Assembly: GCA_964423905.1 (NCBI GenBank)
Contig: CAYRGX010000004.1
Span: 49,319 to 113,318 of the forward strand
Reading direction: 5' to 3'
DNA: 64,000 nucleotides
DNA from: an uncultured Leptospirales bacterium
Lineage (GTDB): Bacteria; Spirochaetota; UBA4802; UBA5550
The position numbers and the translations under genes are program-made. This document shows, piece by piece, positions 10,507-19,448 of the stretch. Below the pieces are notes generated by a model. That model made no database searches. It had not been told where the DNA came from and was given only the letters and a program-made list of their open reading frames with translations. Within the stretch, counting starts at the first letter, position 1. Every line of letters starts with the position of its first letter.

Positions 10507-11411
10507 TGATCTTACGACGCACGATTTTTTTCGTTATTATCGCTGCCGGAGCGGCGCTCATGGTTCTGCTCGCAGTGACGAAACCCAGAACGCCTCTCGA
10601 TTCGACGCTCGCCCCCGCGTTTCAGCTCCTCGGGGTCCCCGCGCACATGGCCAGCAGGGCGCTGACGCGGGTCCTCCCGATCAACGCGCTCGACGAAAAG
10701 GAGCTCGGCGATGCGATCGCGGAACGGTATTCGGTCATGGCGTCGAAAAACGAAAAGGACAAAAAATACCTCAACGAGATAATGGCCGCGCTTTCAAAGA
10801 AGACGAAAAAACAGTTCAGGTACCGCGCGTATCCGATGGAGGAATACCAGCCCAACGCCTTCGCCCTCCCCGGTGGCGTGATATTCGTCACCACCGGCCT
10901 CCTGCGTACGGTGAAAAGCGAAGCCGAGCTTACATCCGTCATCGCCCATGAGATAGGCCACGTCGAGTTATCCCACTGCATGGACACGGTGCGCTACGAG
11001 CTCGCGGCCCGAAAAATCAAGAGAGACCAGCTCGGCCGCATCGCCGATTTCGCAACCCGTCTTCTCATCGGCCATAGCTATAGCAAAACGCAGGAAGCGC
11101 AGGCGGACGAATACGGATACGAAATGATACTCGCCACGAGGTACAACCCGTCCGCCGTGGGCCGGTTGTTCATCCGTCTGAAGGAATACCATGCGATCCC
11201 CGACAGGAAAAAAGCCTCGCCCATCAAAGACTACTTCATGAGCCATCCTCATCTTTCCCTGAGGGCCGAAAAGTATTCCGTCAAGGCCTCCCGCTGGTGG
11301 GCCCACAGCGGGGGAGAAAAGCGTTATGAAGGCAAGAAGAACCTGACTGCCAGGACGAGCATGTTCACCAGGGCATATCCCGACGAATGGGTGACGGAAG
11401 CGAAAAAGTGA
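10503..11411 (+). CDS. M48 family zinc metallopeptidase (BepA/HtpX-like)
   Basis: HEIGHVELSH (HExxH) motif, ALPGG, N-terminal TM. ATGA overlap with upstream ORF. Confidence 0.85.
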   Translation: MMILRRTIFFVIIAAGAALMVLLAVTKPRTPLDSTLAPAFQLLGVPAHMASRALTRVLPINALDEKELGDAIAERYSVMASKNEKDKKYLNEIMAALSKKTKKQFRYRAYPMEEYQPNAFALPGGVIFVTTGLLRTVKSEAELTSVIAHEIGHVELSHCMDTVRYELAARKIKRDQLGRIADFATRLLIGHSYSKTQEAQADEYGYEMILATRYNPSAVGRLFIRLKEYHAIPDRKKASPIKDYFMSHPHLSLRAEKYSVKASRWWAHSGGEKRYEGKKNLTARTSMFTRAYPDEWVTEAKK

Positions 11412-12037
11412 TGGAGGCTTACATCCCCACGGTTTTTTTCACGCTGTTCTTCGTGGTGGATCCGCTCGGGCTCATCCCGGTCTTTCTCGTTCATCTTTCG
11501 GGTTATACGGGAATTCGTCGCACCGGGGTCATACTCCGGGCCACCGGTATATCGATCGGGGTATCGATATTCTTCATCCTCCTGGGAAGACACATCCTGA
11601 ACTTTCTCGGCATCCACTCAGGCTCATTTCTCATCGCGGGAGGAATCGTTCTTTTCATACTCTCCCTGGAGATGCTTCTCGGCCACCCGTCGGGTATCAC
11701 CATGCGTGACACGCCCGAGGGCATGGCACCCAGCGACGAAGACGTTTCCGTGTTCCCCCTGGCCATACCCATGCTCTGCGGTCCGGGCAACATCGCCGCG
11801 CTCGTGATGTTCGGATCGCAGGCGTCGGGAGACCCTGTCAAAATCGCGATCCTCTCCGGCATGTCGGTGTGCGTGTTCCTGATCGCCATGATCGTCATGT
11901 TCTTTTCCGCCCGCATCGGTAGGGCCCTCGGAGCGAGGGGGATATCGATCGTCCAGAGGCTCATGGGCCTTATTCTTTCCGCGATGTCGGTGCAATTCAT
12001 TAAAAACGGCCTGGCCTCCCTCGGCCTCGTGCAGTAA
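11411..12037 (+). CDS. MarC family (UPF0056) integral membrane protein
   Basis: Six-TM protein with FFxLxxVDPLGxIPxFL-type N-terminus. TGATG stop/start overlap with the M48 gene. Confidence 0.75.
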   Translation: MEAYIPTVFFTLFFVVDPLGLIPVFLVHLSGYTGIRRTGVILRATGISIGVSIFFILLGRHILNFLGIHSGSFLIAGGIVLFILSLEMLLGHPSGITMRDTPEGMAPSDEDVSVFPLAIPMLCGPGNIAALVMFGSQASGDPVKIAILSGMSVCVFLIAMIVMFFSARIGRALGARGISIVQRLMGLILSAMSVQFIKNGLASLGLVQ

Positions 12038-12072
12038 TTTTTTACTGGTCACGGGAAGGGCCTGTTGCTATC

Positions 12073-13695
12073 TTGTTCGTTATGACGTCCAGAGTGAAAA
12101 AATTTTTGCGGATATCACTCACCTTTCTCGTGATATCGACCGCCGTGCTCCTTGTGCTCACATTGGTGCTCCGCACCTACGTAAGATCGTCCTCGTTCAG
12201 GACCATGATCCTTTCCTACTTAAAAGACAATCTCTCGATACATATCGTGTATGACACCGCTGACCTGGGAATCATGGGCGGGCCCGGCATTATCCTTGAC
12301 AAGGTATCGCTCGAGGTGCCGGAGCAGGTTTGTGCCTATGCGCCACGCATGAAAATGACGCTCTCGCCCATTGCCCTTGTCACCGGGGGCGACCTGGTTT
12401 CAAACCTCGAGCCTGAGGACGTCACCTTCGAAGGGGACTATGACAGGATGTCGGAAAAGGGCGGGGGAAAACCGACATCCATCCCGAAGATAACCGTAAA
12501 CGGCGGGCTGATCCGCTTCTACATTCACGGCCAGCCCCTCACCTTTTCCGGCGACATCAGGGGAAGCATCAAAATCAAGGCCGGAGGCACCCTCCTCCTG
12601 AACGGCAGGATGGATTTTTACAACGCGCTCATGACCTATCAGGGAATGCGATGCAACCTGAATGGACGTGTCATGTTCATGGGAAGGGAGGTTGCTTCCG
12701 AAAACCTCTCCGCATCGGAAAAGGACATGCTCGTGGTCCTCAATGGCAGGGTTTACATACAATCGCCGATGAGGTACGCGGGCGACGTGCGTCTCGAGGG
12801 CATGAAATTCCCCTCGAACGACCGGGGACTCCCTGGCATGGATTTCATCCTCACGTCAATCGAGGGAGACGCGAACCTCACGATCAGCAAGTCCTCCATC
12901 CTCGGCATGCCTGTAGAAAACCTCGAGTCGAAAGCCCGGATACACAACAGGGAACTCCGCCTCGACGAATGTGTTGCCACCGGCAAGGGCCTCAATGGGA
13001 AGGGAACCGCCATCATTGGCGTTGACGGCATGAAGCACTTCAAGGTGAATTTCGAGAGCAATCGTCTCCAGCTCGCCGACATGATCCTGGGAGAGAACAC
13101 GAAAAACTCGTGGATTGACGGCATACTTTACGTCAAGGGCGATCTCACCTACTATAACGATTCTCTCAACGGCGATATTGCCGCAGCCGCGTTCAACGGC
13201 CATATCCGCCGGTTTTCAACCCTTGCCAAGGTCTTTGAGGTCGTCAACATCTATCGCCTCATCGTCAAACAGAACCCCGATTTCAGGCAGAGCGGCTTTT
13301 CATATAACCAGATCGTGGCACATGCCGTCATCAAGAACAGCGTAGCGCGCCTTAAACACTTTTATCTCGACAGCAATTCCATCCAGGTGTCTGCCACGGG
13401 TGAATACCATTTCAATCCCAGGCGCATCGACGTCACCCTGGCTATTCATCCCCTGGAAACCATCGACAAGATCGTCGGATCGATACCGATCGCGGGATAC
13501 ATTCTCGTCGGGAAAGACAAAAGCATAATCTCGATGTATGTGAACGTCGTGGGCCCCATCGACGATCCCGTGATCAAGCCAGTGGCGCTCAATACCTTTT
13601 CATCACCGGTTATCGGCATCCTGAAGAGAACCCTGATGCTCCCCTATACCATCTTTTCCGATCCGAAATCCCTTATTCCTGCCCTAAAAAAATAA
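12073..13695 (+). CDS. AsmA-family-like protein with N-terminal TM anchor
   Basis: N-terminal hydrophobic helix; long beta-rich body; C-terminal region resembles the AsmA_2 tail. Family assignment by recollection only. Confidence 0.45.
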   Translation: MFVMTSRVKKFLRISLTFLVISTAVLLVLTLVLRTYVRSSSFRTMILSYLKDNLSIHIVYDTADLGIMGGPGIILDKVSLEVPEQVCAYAPRMKMTLSPIALVTGGDLVSNLEPEDVTFEGDYDRMSEKGGGKPTSIPKITVNGGLIRFYIHGQPLTFSGDIRGSIKIKAGGTLLLNGRMDFYNALMTYQGMRCNLNGRVMFMGREVASENLSASEKDMLVVLNGRVYIQSPMRYAGDVRLEGMKFPSNDRGLPGMDFILTSIEGDANLTISKSSILGMPVENLESKARIHNRELRLDECVATGKGLNGKGTAIIGVDGMKHFKVNFESNRLQLADMILGENTKNSWIDGILYVKGDLTYYNDSLNGDIAAAAFNGHIRRFSTLAKVFEVVNIYRLIVKQNPDFRQSGFSYNQIVAHAVIKNSVARLKHFYLDSNSIQVSATGEYHFNPRRIDVTLAIHPLETIDKIVGSIPIAGYILVGKDKSIISMYVNVVGPIDDPVIKPVALNTFSSPVIGILKRTLMLPYTIFSDPKSLIPALKK

Positions 13696-13823
13696 AACGA
13701 GTACATGAAATTGTGTTGAAAAAACAGGCCCTGATTTTAATAGTGTAAACCCTTTCTGCTGGGAAGTCCGTTACGGGCTTCCGTCAACTATCCCAGCAAT
13801 AATACCATAGGAAGGAGGACCTC

Positions 13824-14114
13824 GTGTACAATTACGAGCTGACTGTCATTTTAAGGAACAAAGAAGTCGATGCACTGGTCGCCAAAACCCGTGAAATTCT
13901 CGGGAAATACGGCGTGAATGTCGTGAAAGAAGAAGCGACCACCAGAAAACTCGCCTATCACATAGACGGCGAGAAAGAGGGATATTACCTTTTCTGGAAC
14001 GTCCAGTCCACCGAGGATTCCGTAAAAAAGATCAACAACGAATTCAATCTTCAGAGCGACATCCTCCGTTACATGTTCATAAAAGCGGACAAACCTTCGG
14101 AACCCGCACAGTGA
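13824..14114 (+). CDS. rpsF: 30S ribosomal protein S6
   Basis: YNYELTVILRNKEVDALVAKTREIL...; GTG start with GGAAGGAGG SD; followed by ssb and rpsR. Confidence 0.93.
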   Translation: MYNYELTVILRNKEVDALVAKTREILGKYGVNVVKEEATTRKLAYHIDGEKEGYYLFWNVQSTEDSVKKINNEFNLQSDILRYMFIKADKPSEPAQ

Positions 14115-14122
14115 GGTGATAC

Positions 14123-14575
14123 ATGGCAAGCGACCTTAACAGGGCGATCCTTATCGGCAGGCTTACCAGGGATCCGGAGCTCCGCTACACGCAAAACGGT
14201 ACTTCAGTATGTAGTTTTTCCATAGCCAACAACCGTACCTACGTAACCGGCGGCGAAAAGAAGGAACAGGTTTCCTATTTCAATTGCGTGGCGTGGGCAA
14301 AAACGGGCGAGGTAATCGCTGAATTTTGCAAGAAGGGAAGCCGTATCGGAGTCGAAGGCCGTCTTCAGCAGAGAACATGGGAAGACCAGGAGCATAACAA
14401 GCGCCAGATCGTCGAGGTCGTGGTCGATAATTTCCAGTTCCTGTCGCCGAGAAGCGAGAGTTCGCCGGACGCGCAGCATGAACCGCCGGCGTCGCAATCG
14501 TCTCACGGGCACCAATCACAACCCCAATCCGCTGATGTTGATAATCCGTTTTCGGATGACGATATACCATTTTAA
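14123..14575 (+). CDS. ssb: single-stranded DNA-binding protein
   Basis: OB-fold N-terminus LNRAILIGRLTRDPELRYT; acidic tail ending DDDIPF. Confidence 0.95.
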   Translation: MASDLNRAILIGRLTRDPELRYTQNGTSVCSFSIANNRTYVTGGEKKEQVSYFNCVAWAKTGEVIAEFCKKGSRIGVEGRLQQRTWEDQEHNKRQIVEVVVDNFQFLSPRSESSPDAQHEPPASQSSHGHQSQPQSADVDNPFSDDDIPF

Positions 14576-14605
14576 TCATAGCACGATATACCCGAGGAGA
14601 AGCAC

Positions 14606-14995
14606 ATGTCCGATGAAATAATGAACACAAACCAGGAACAACCGACCGAATCCGCCCCCCAGGAAGCACCAGCCCCGGTTGCCGCCGAGCAGCCCAGGCG
14701 GAGCCCGTCCGAGCACGGACGCAGGTCTGACCAGTCCCATCAGGAACGGAGTGAAGGAGCGCCCGGGGACGCGCCGCGGGTGCCGAAATTCAGGAGAAAA
14801 TCCTGCCGCTTCTGCGGAAGCAAGGATATTCCCATCGATTACAAGAGACCCGATATTCTCGAAAAATTCATTACCGAGCGCGGCAAAATTCTTCCGCGCC
14901 GGGTCACCGGTACGTGCGCGAGGCACCAGAGGGCGGTCGCGCGTGAAATCAAGCGGGCAAGAACAGTCGCTCTTTTGCCCTTCGTAGAAAAATAG
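14606..14995 (+). CDS. rpsR: 30S ribosomal protein S18 with ~55-aa low-complexity N-terminal extension
   Basis: CRFC...IDYK...[34 protein letters not shown]18 core. GAGGAG SD 7 nt before ATG 14606. Confidence 0.88.
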   Translation: MSDEIMNTNQEQPTESAPQEAPAPVAAEQPRRSPSEHGRRSDQSHQERSEGAPGDAPRVPKFRRKSCRFCGSKDIPIDYKRPDILEKFITERGKILPRRVTGTCARHQRAVAREIKRARTVALLPFVEK

Positions 14996-15001
14996 AGGGA
15001 C

Positions 15002-15553
15002 GTGCTTCCGTTTGTACTGGCACCGTTCGCCGGTCTGTTGCTCGTCGCTGGATCGGCGCACCTGTTTTACCGGTTTGGATGGAAATCACTCGTACTAATG
15101 GTCCTGCCGGCGGTCGCGATACCGGTTGTGTTCGGGCAAATCCGGGATCTGCCGGTTTTTCTCGGACCGATAATCGTGGGCGCGACCGGAGGGTACGCAT
15201 ACAGGAATGGAAAGCAGTTCGATTTCATCCTGGTCATATCGTCCCTCGCGACAGCGGTCCTGACAACGGCGGTTTTCTTTTACCATCTTTATGACCGGAA
15301 CATCGATTTCATCACTATGGTAAAGAACGAATTAACCAAATCCCTCGCCGTTTCGGGATTGCCCGCCGACTATTCGAAACAATTGCTCGGCGACCTCGAA
15401 CGATCCGGGGACTTTATCGTGGACATGATCCCGTACTCGGCATTCGTCTATTGCCTGGCGCTGTGCGGCATCGGTTATCTGGTCATTAAAAAAAGATATT
15501 CGAAAAAATGGTTCCTCAGGCGACGATACGGGGACTTGAATTTTTTCGGCTGA
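15002..15553 (+). CDS. membrane protein, N-terminal fragment of a probable DUF2232/YybS-like gene (frame 2)
   Basis: GTG start with AGAGGGA SD; 5 TM helices. Position between rpsR and rplI matches yybS in Firmicutes. Ends in stop 15551-15553 just after poly-A tracts. Confidence 0.55.
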   Translation: MLPFVLAPFAGLLLVAGSAHLFYRFGWKSLVLMVLPAVAIPVVFGQIRDLPVFLGPIIVGATGGYAYRNGKQFDFILVISSLATAVLTTAVFFYHLYDRNIDFITMVKNELTKSLAVSGLPADYSKQLLGDLERSGDFIVDMIPYSAFVYCLALCGIGYLVIKKRYSKKWFLRRRYGDLNFFG

Positions 15554-15882
15554 ACGATTTTGCAATATTCGTGCTCATCGCGGGCTGGGCTATGTATCTT
15601 TTCGTCGATCCTACACTCAGCCGAATCGTATCGGCGGCGGGATTCAATATCGGGATGGTGACGCTCACCCTGTATTTCGTGCAGGCACTGGGCGTGATCA
15701 AGTTCATGATACTGAAAAAGGGCTGGTCCGGGTATCTCCTGCCGGCCCTCCTCCTGGGGGTTGTTTTTACCGGGCCCCCGGGAATGGTCTTGGCGATCAT
15801 CATACTCTCGGGGCTCGGAACACTCGATCTCTGGGCGGATTTCAGGAAATTACAGCACGTCGACGGTGCTGACATCGAATAA
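15508..15882 (+). CDS. membrane protein, C-terminal fragment of the same DUF2232/YybS-like gene (frame 1), overlapping the N-fragment by 46 nt
   Basis: Two to three TM helices; no SD of its own. Combined length ~293 aa, matching YybS (~310 aa). Confidence 0.5.
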   Translation: MVPQATIRGLEFFRLNDFAIFVLIAGWAMYLFVDPTLSRIVSAAGFNIGMVTLTLYFVQALGVIKFMILKKGWSGYLLPALLLGVVFTGPPGMVLAIIILSGLGTLDLWADFRKLQHVDGADIE

Positions 15883-15909
15883 AGATTTCAACACGCACAG
15901 GAGCCGATC

Positions 15910-16353
15910 ATGAAGGTTATACTGCAAAAAGATATTTCCAACCTCGGGGACGCGGGCGACATCAAGGAAGTCGCTGACGGGTACGCGAGAAACTTTCTCC
16001 TGCCCCGAAAGCTCGTCATCGTCGCCGACGATTCGAGCCGTAAGACGGCAGAACACCAGAAAAAGATCATAAAGCTGAAGAAGGACAAGCGCAAAAAGGC
16101 GAGCGAAAAAGTCGCGGAAAGCGTGAAGGGCCTCGAAATCAAGATCGTCGTCCAGGTCGGGGAAGAAGACAAGCTCTTCGGCTCGGTAACGGCGATGGAC
16201 ATCGCCAAGCAGCTCAAGGAAAAAGGCTTTGATATCGACAAGCGTAAGATATTGCTTGCGGTGCCAATCAAACAGCTCGGAGAGCATATCGTCTCCGTCA
16301 GGCTCGATGAAGGGCTTAATGCCGACATCAAGGTCATCGTAGACAAGGAGTAA
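15910..16353 (+). CDS. rplI: 50S ribosomal protein L9
   Basis: MKVILQKDISNLGDAGDIKEVADGYARNFLLPRKLV canonical L9 N-terminus. Confidence 0.95.
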   Translation: MKVILQKDISNLGDAGDIKEVADGYARNFLLPRKLVIVADDSSRKTAEHQKKIIKLKKDKRKKASEKVAESVKGLEIKIVVQVGEEDKLFGSVTAMDIAKQLKEKGFDIDKRKILLAVPIKQLGEHIVSVRLDEGLNADIKVIVDKE

Positions 16354-16356
16354 TCG

Positions 16357-17721
16357 ATGCTTGTCGACAGGCTTCCTCCCCAGGATCTGGACACAGAAGC
16401 CTCGTGCCTTGCATCCATTCTGCTCTCGAAGGAAGCGCTCCTCAGGGTCACGGAAATCCTCCAGCCGGAGGATTTCTATCTTGATAAGCACGCCACGATT
16501 TACTCGGCCATCCTGGACCTCGAAAAAAAGGACCTGCCGGTCGACCTGACCACACTCAAGCAGCGCCTCACCGACCTCGGGAAGTTCGAAACCATCGGGG
16601 GGGACGCCTCACTGGCCGAGCTCTACCAGACCGTATCCACCTCGGCGAACGCCGAATTCTACGCGAAACGGATCAGCGAGCTCAGCCTCCGCAGAAGGCT
16701 TATCGAGGTCTCAACCGATTCCATCGAAAAGTGCTATGACATGGCCATCGAGACCGACGAACTCGCGGACATTGTCGAGACAGAAATATTCAACGTCACG
16801 GAAAAGCGCGTCTCGAGCGAGTTCAAATCCATCGAGGCGATCGCCGAGGACACCCGGCTCCAGATTGAGCACTGGTACGACACAAAAAAAACGGTGACCG
16901 GCATGTCATCCGGATTCACCAAGCTCGATGAAATACTCACCGGCTTTCACGGTTCTGAACTCATCATCGTCGCTTCGCGCCCCTCGATGGGCAAGACATC
17001 ATTCGCGCTCAATATCATGAACAACATCGCGCTGAAAGAAAAGAAGGCCGCGCTCTTTTTCTCCCTCGAAATGCCCGCGGTGCAGCTCTTCACCAGGCTC
17101 CTCTGCATCGAGACGATGATCGACTCGCAGCTCGTGCGAACCGGCATGGTGGGAGACGAGGAGATGCACCAGCTCTGGCAGACCATCGAGCGTTACAAAA
17201 AAACGAACATCTTCATCGACGATACCCCGTCCCTGACGATCCTCCAGATGCGCGCGAAGGCGCGCAGGCTCGCGCAGAGGATCAAGGACCTCGGCATCAT
17301 CATCGTGGACTACATCCAGTACATCCCGAGTACGTCCCGCATGGACAGGCACCTCCAGGTCGCGGAGATATCGCGCTTTCTCAAGCAGCTCGCGCGAGAC
17401 CTCGACGTTCCGGTGATCGCCCTGTCCCAGCTCTCGCGGGCCGTCGAACAGCGGCACGACCAGGTTCCCACCCTGGCCGACCTGCGCGAATCGGGATCGC
17501 TCGAGCAGGACGCGGACGTGGTGCTGTTCCTCTATCGTGAGGAAAAGGTTAAAAAGGACACGGAGCGCAAGGGCATCGCGGACATCATCGTCGCCAAGCA
17601 GAGGAACGGCCCACTGGGGATCGTTCCACTGAAATTCTGGGGACGGTACACTAAGTTTGAAAACCTGGATACCACGCACTCGTATGAAGAAATGCGACCG
17701 CACTATGAAGATTACGAATGA
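16357..17721 (+). CDS. dnaB: replicative DNA helicase DnaB
   Basis: N-terminal LPPQDLDTEASCLASILL; Walker A SRPSMGKTSF; RecA-like motifs. AAGGAG SD. Confidence 0.95.
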   Translation: MLVDRLPPQDLDTEASCLASILLSKEALLRVTEILQPEDFYLDKHATIYSAILDLEKKDLPVDLTTLKQRLTDLGKFETIGGDASLAELYQTVSTSANAEFYAKRISELSLRRRLIEVSTDSIEKCYDMAIETDELADIVETEIFNVTEKRVSSEFKSIEAIAEDTRLQIEHWYDTKKTVTGMSSGFTKLDEILTGFHGSELIIVASRPSMGKTSFALNIMNNIALKEKKAALFFSLEMPAVQLFTRLLCIETMIDSQLVRTGMVGDEEMHQLWQTIERYKKTNIFIDDTPSLTILQMRAKARRLAQRIKDLGIIIVDYIQYIPSTSRMDRHLQVAEISRFLKQLARDLDVPVIALSQLSRAVEQRHDQVPTLADLRESGSLEQDADVVLFLYREEKVKKDTERKGIADIIVAKQRNGPLGIVPLKFWGRYTKFENLDTTHSYEEMRPHYEDYE

Positions 17722-17828
17722 ACCCGGGCCCCCGGCCGTCGGTTTCACCGCGCGCCGATGACAAATATGTTGACAATATTGCGCCCCCTGTCTTCAACTT
17801 CTTCGAACTGGAGCGATGAGGCGCGGGC

Positions 17829-18524
17829 ATGAAGAAGGAAACCGACGGGTTGTTGAAGGCATTAAAAAAGGAAGGCATCGCGAAAAATATCGTCGATGCC
17901 TTTGCCAAAGTGGACCGGATGAAGTTTTTCGACCCCAGGTTCCGAGACAGGCTCGCGAAGTTCGAGCCCGTTCCCATAGGTTTCAGGGAAAACAGCGACG
18001 CACCGGTCATCCTCGCGAAAATGATCGAATTACTCTCTCCCAGAAAAGAATGGCGCATTCTAGAAATCGGCACCGGTTCGGGGTATTCGTCCGCGGTCCT
18101 CTCGTCACTCGTGAAGGAGATCCACACCGTCGAGTACCACGAGCCGATCGCGCTCAGGGCCAAGGAAAGGGTCATTGAAGCCGGGTTCTGGAACGTGAGG
18201 TTCTATGCAGGGGACGCGTCCGATTTCGGTACGCCCCTCGGGGAATTCGACGCGGTTCTCGTTCTCGCGGCATGCCTGCAGACGCCCTACTCGATATTCA
18301 CCATGCTGAAAAACGGGTCTACCGCGGTATATCCCATGGGACCGGCGCACCAGCAGCAAATCGTCAAGTTCACCAACAACCTCAGGGCAAAGGACTTCAT
18401 GAAGAACTTCTCGTTCGGAAGCCTGTGCGCGTTCGATTCCATCCGGGGAAAATACGGGTGGGTCGACCGTCCGCCCATACCACCTGAAGAACTCGAGGCA
18501 GAGGTAAAAGAAGAGGAGGGCTGA
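17829..18524 (+). CDS. pcm: protein-L-isoaspartate O-methyltransferase
   Basis: SAM motif ILEIGTGSGYSSAVL; family-typical length. Confidence 0.8.
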   Translation: MKKETDGLLKALKKEGIAKNIVDAFAKVDRMKFFDPRFRDRLAKFEPVPIGFRENSDAPVILAKMIELLSPRKEWRILEIGTGSGYSSAVLSSLVKEIHTVEYHEPIALRAKERVIEAGFWNVRFYAGDASDFGTPLGEFDAVLVLAACLQTPYSIFTMLKNGSTAVYPMGPAHQQQIVKFTNNLRAKDFMKNFSFGSLCAFDSIRGKYGWVDRPPIPPEELEAEVKEEEG

Positions 18525-18527
18525 GTA

Positions 18528-18995
18528 TCAGTTGCCCTTCAGCACGCGCATTATCTCCTCGATGTCAGGCACTTCACCGAGTTCATACACACGCGTGAAC
18601 GCGATTATCCCCTTCTCGTCTATGAGGATATTGGCCCGTCCCGATATCCCCTTCAAATCGTCGAACAGCCCGTACAGTTTCGCGACCTCTCCGTGGGGCC
18701 AGAAATCCGACAGGAGACGGGTCTTCGACAGGCCCATGTGATCCGCCCACGCTTTCTTGGCGGGTACCGCGTCGACGCTCAGCCCCAGAGCGACCGTGCC
18801 CAGCGACCCGAAGGCGTCTGCCTTTAATTCGAGGGTCCTCATCTGTATCTCGCACACGCCGGTCCAGGCAAGCGGGTGAAACGACAGGAGGACTTTCTTA
18901 CCCCTGAGAGAAGAGAGAGATATGTCCCGACCGTCCTGGTCTTTCAATGTGAATTCAGGCGCCGCGCTTCCCGGTTTAACATTCAAACCCTTCAT
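18528..18995 (-). CDS. peroxiredoxin (AhpC/TSA thioredoxin-fold family)
   Basis: FTLKDQDGRDISLSSLRGKKVLLSFHPLAWTGVCE peroxidatic Cys motif. TATAAT -10 on minus strand at 19058-19063. Confidence 0.85.
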   Translation of the reverse strand: MKGLNVKPGSAAPEFTLKDQDGRDISLSSLRGKKVLLSFHPLAWTGVCEIQMRTLELKADAFGSLGTVALGLSVDAVPAKKAWADHMGLSKTRLLSDFWPHGEVAKLYGLFDDLKGISGRANILIDEKGIIAFTRVYELGEVPDIEEIMRVLKGN

Positions 18996-19117
18996 TGCCG
19001 TACCTCCATCAGTTGTTCCGCCGTACGGTCATGCAACTCGAGATCGTGAAAACGGCGATTATAGAATAATACACAATTGACGGGAAAACGGCAATCTTTT
19101 GCGTAAAACGCCGGCGC

Positions 19118-19447
19118 TTATTTTTTTCTCGGTTCGTCCTTGTAGCAGTAGGGGCACCCGTAGATGAGGATCTTTTCCTGCTTGCCATCCACGACCTTCA
19201 CCCCGTACAGGGGCTCCGTCCTGGTGAGGGTCGATCCGCACAGCGGACAGGTTCGGCTGCCCGGCGTGCGGGTGAGGGGCGGTGCCGGTGCCGAGATTTT
19301 CGCCGATTCGTTCAGCGCCGCGGGCCGGGGCGCCCCCTTACCGGCTATCTTTTTCACCTTCTCCCTGCCGCCCTGGTACGCATTGTACAGGTACAGGAAC
19401 ACGGCGATCCCGATCAGAAATCCGGCGATGTACAATATCGCGCTCAT
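19118..19447 (-). CDS. hypothetical membrane-anchored protein with C-terminal CxxC...CxxC zinc ribbon
   Basis: N-terminal TM ILYIAGFLIGIAVFLYLY; CPLCGS...CPYC. Confidence 0.55.
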   Translation of the reverse strand: MSAILYIAGFLIGIAVFLYLYNAYQGGREKVKKIAGKGAPRPAALNESAKISAPAPPLTRTPGSRTCPLCGSTLTRTEPLYGVKVVDGKQEKILIYGCPYCYKDEPRKK

Positions 19448-19448
19448 G

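Noticed and set aside
12000-12072. Possible terminator after the MarC gene (GGCCTCCCTCGGCC then TTTTTT)
   Set aside because: Only a 4-bp stem with a long gap to the T-run; too weak to call.
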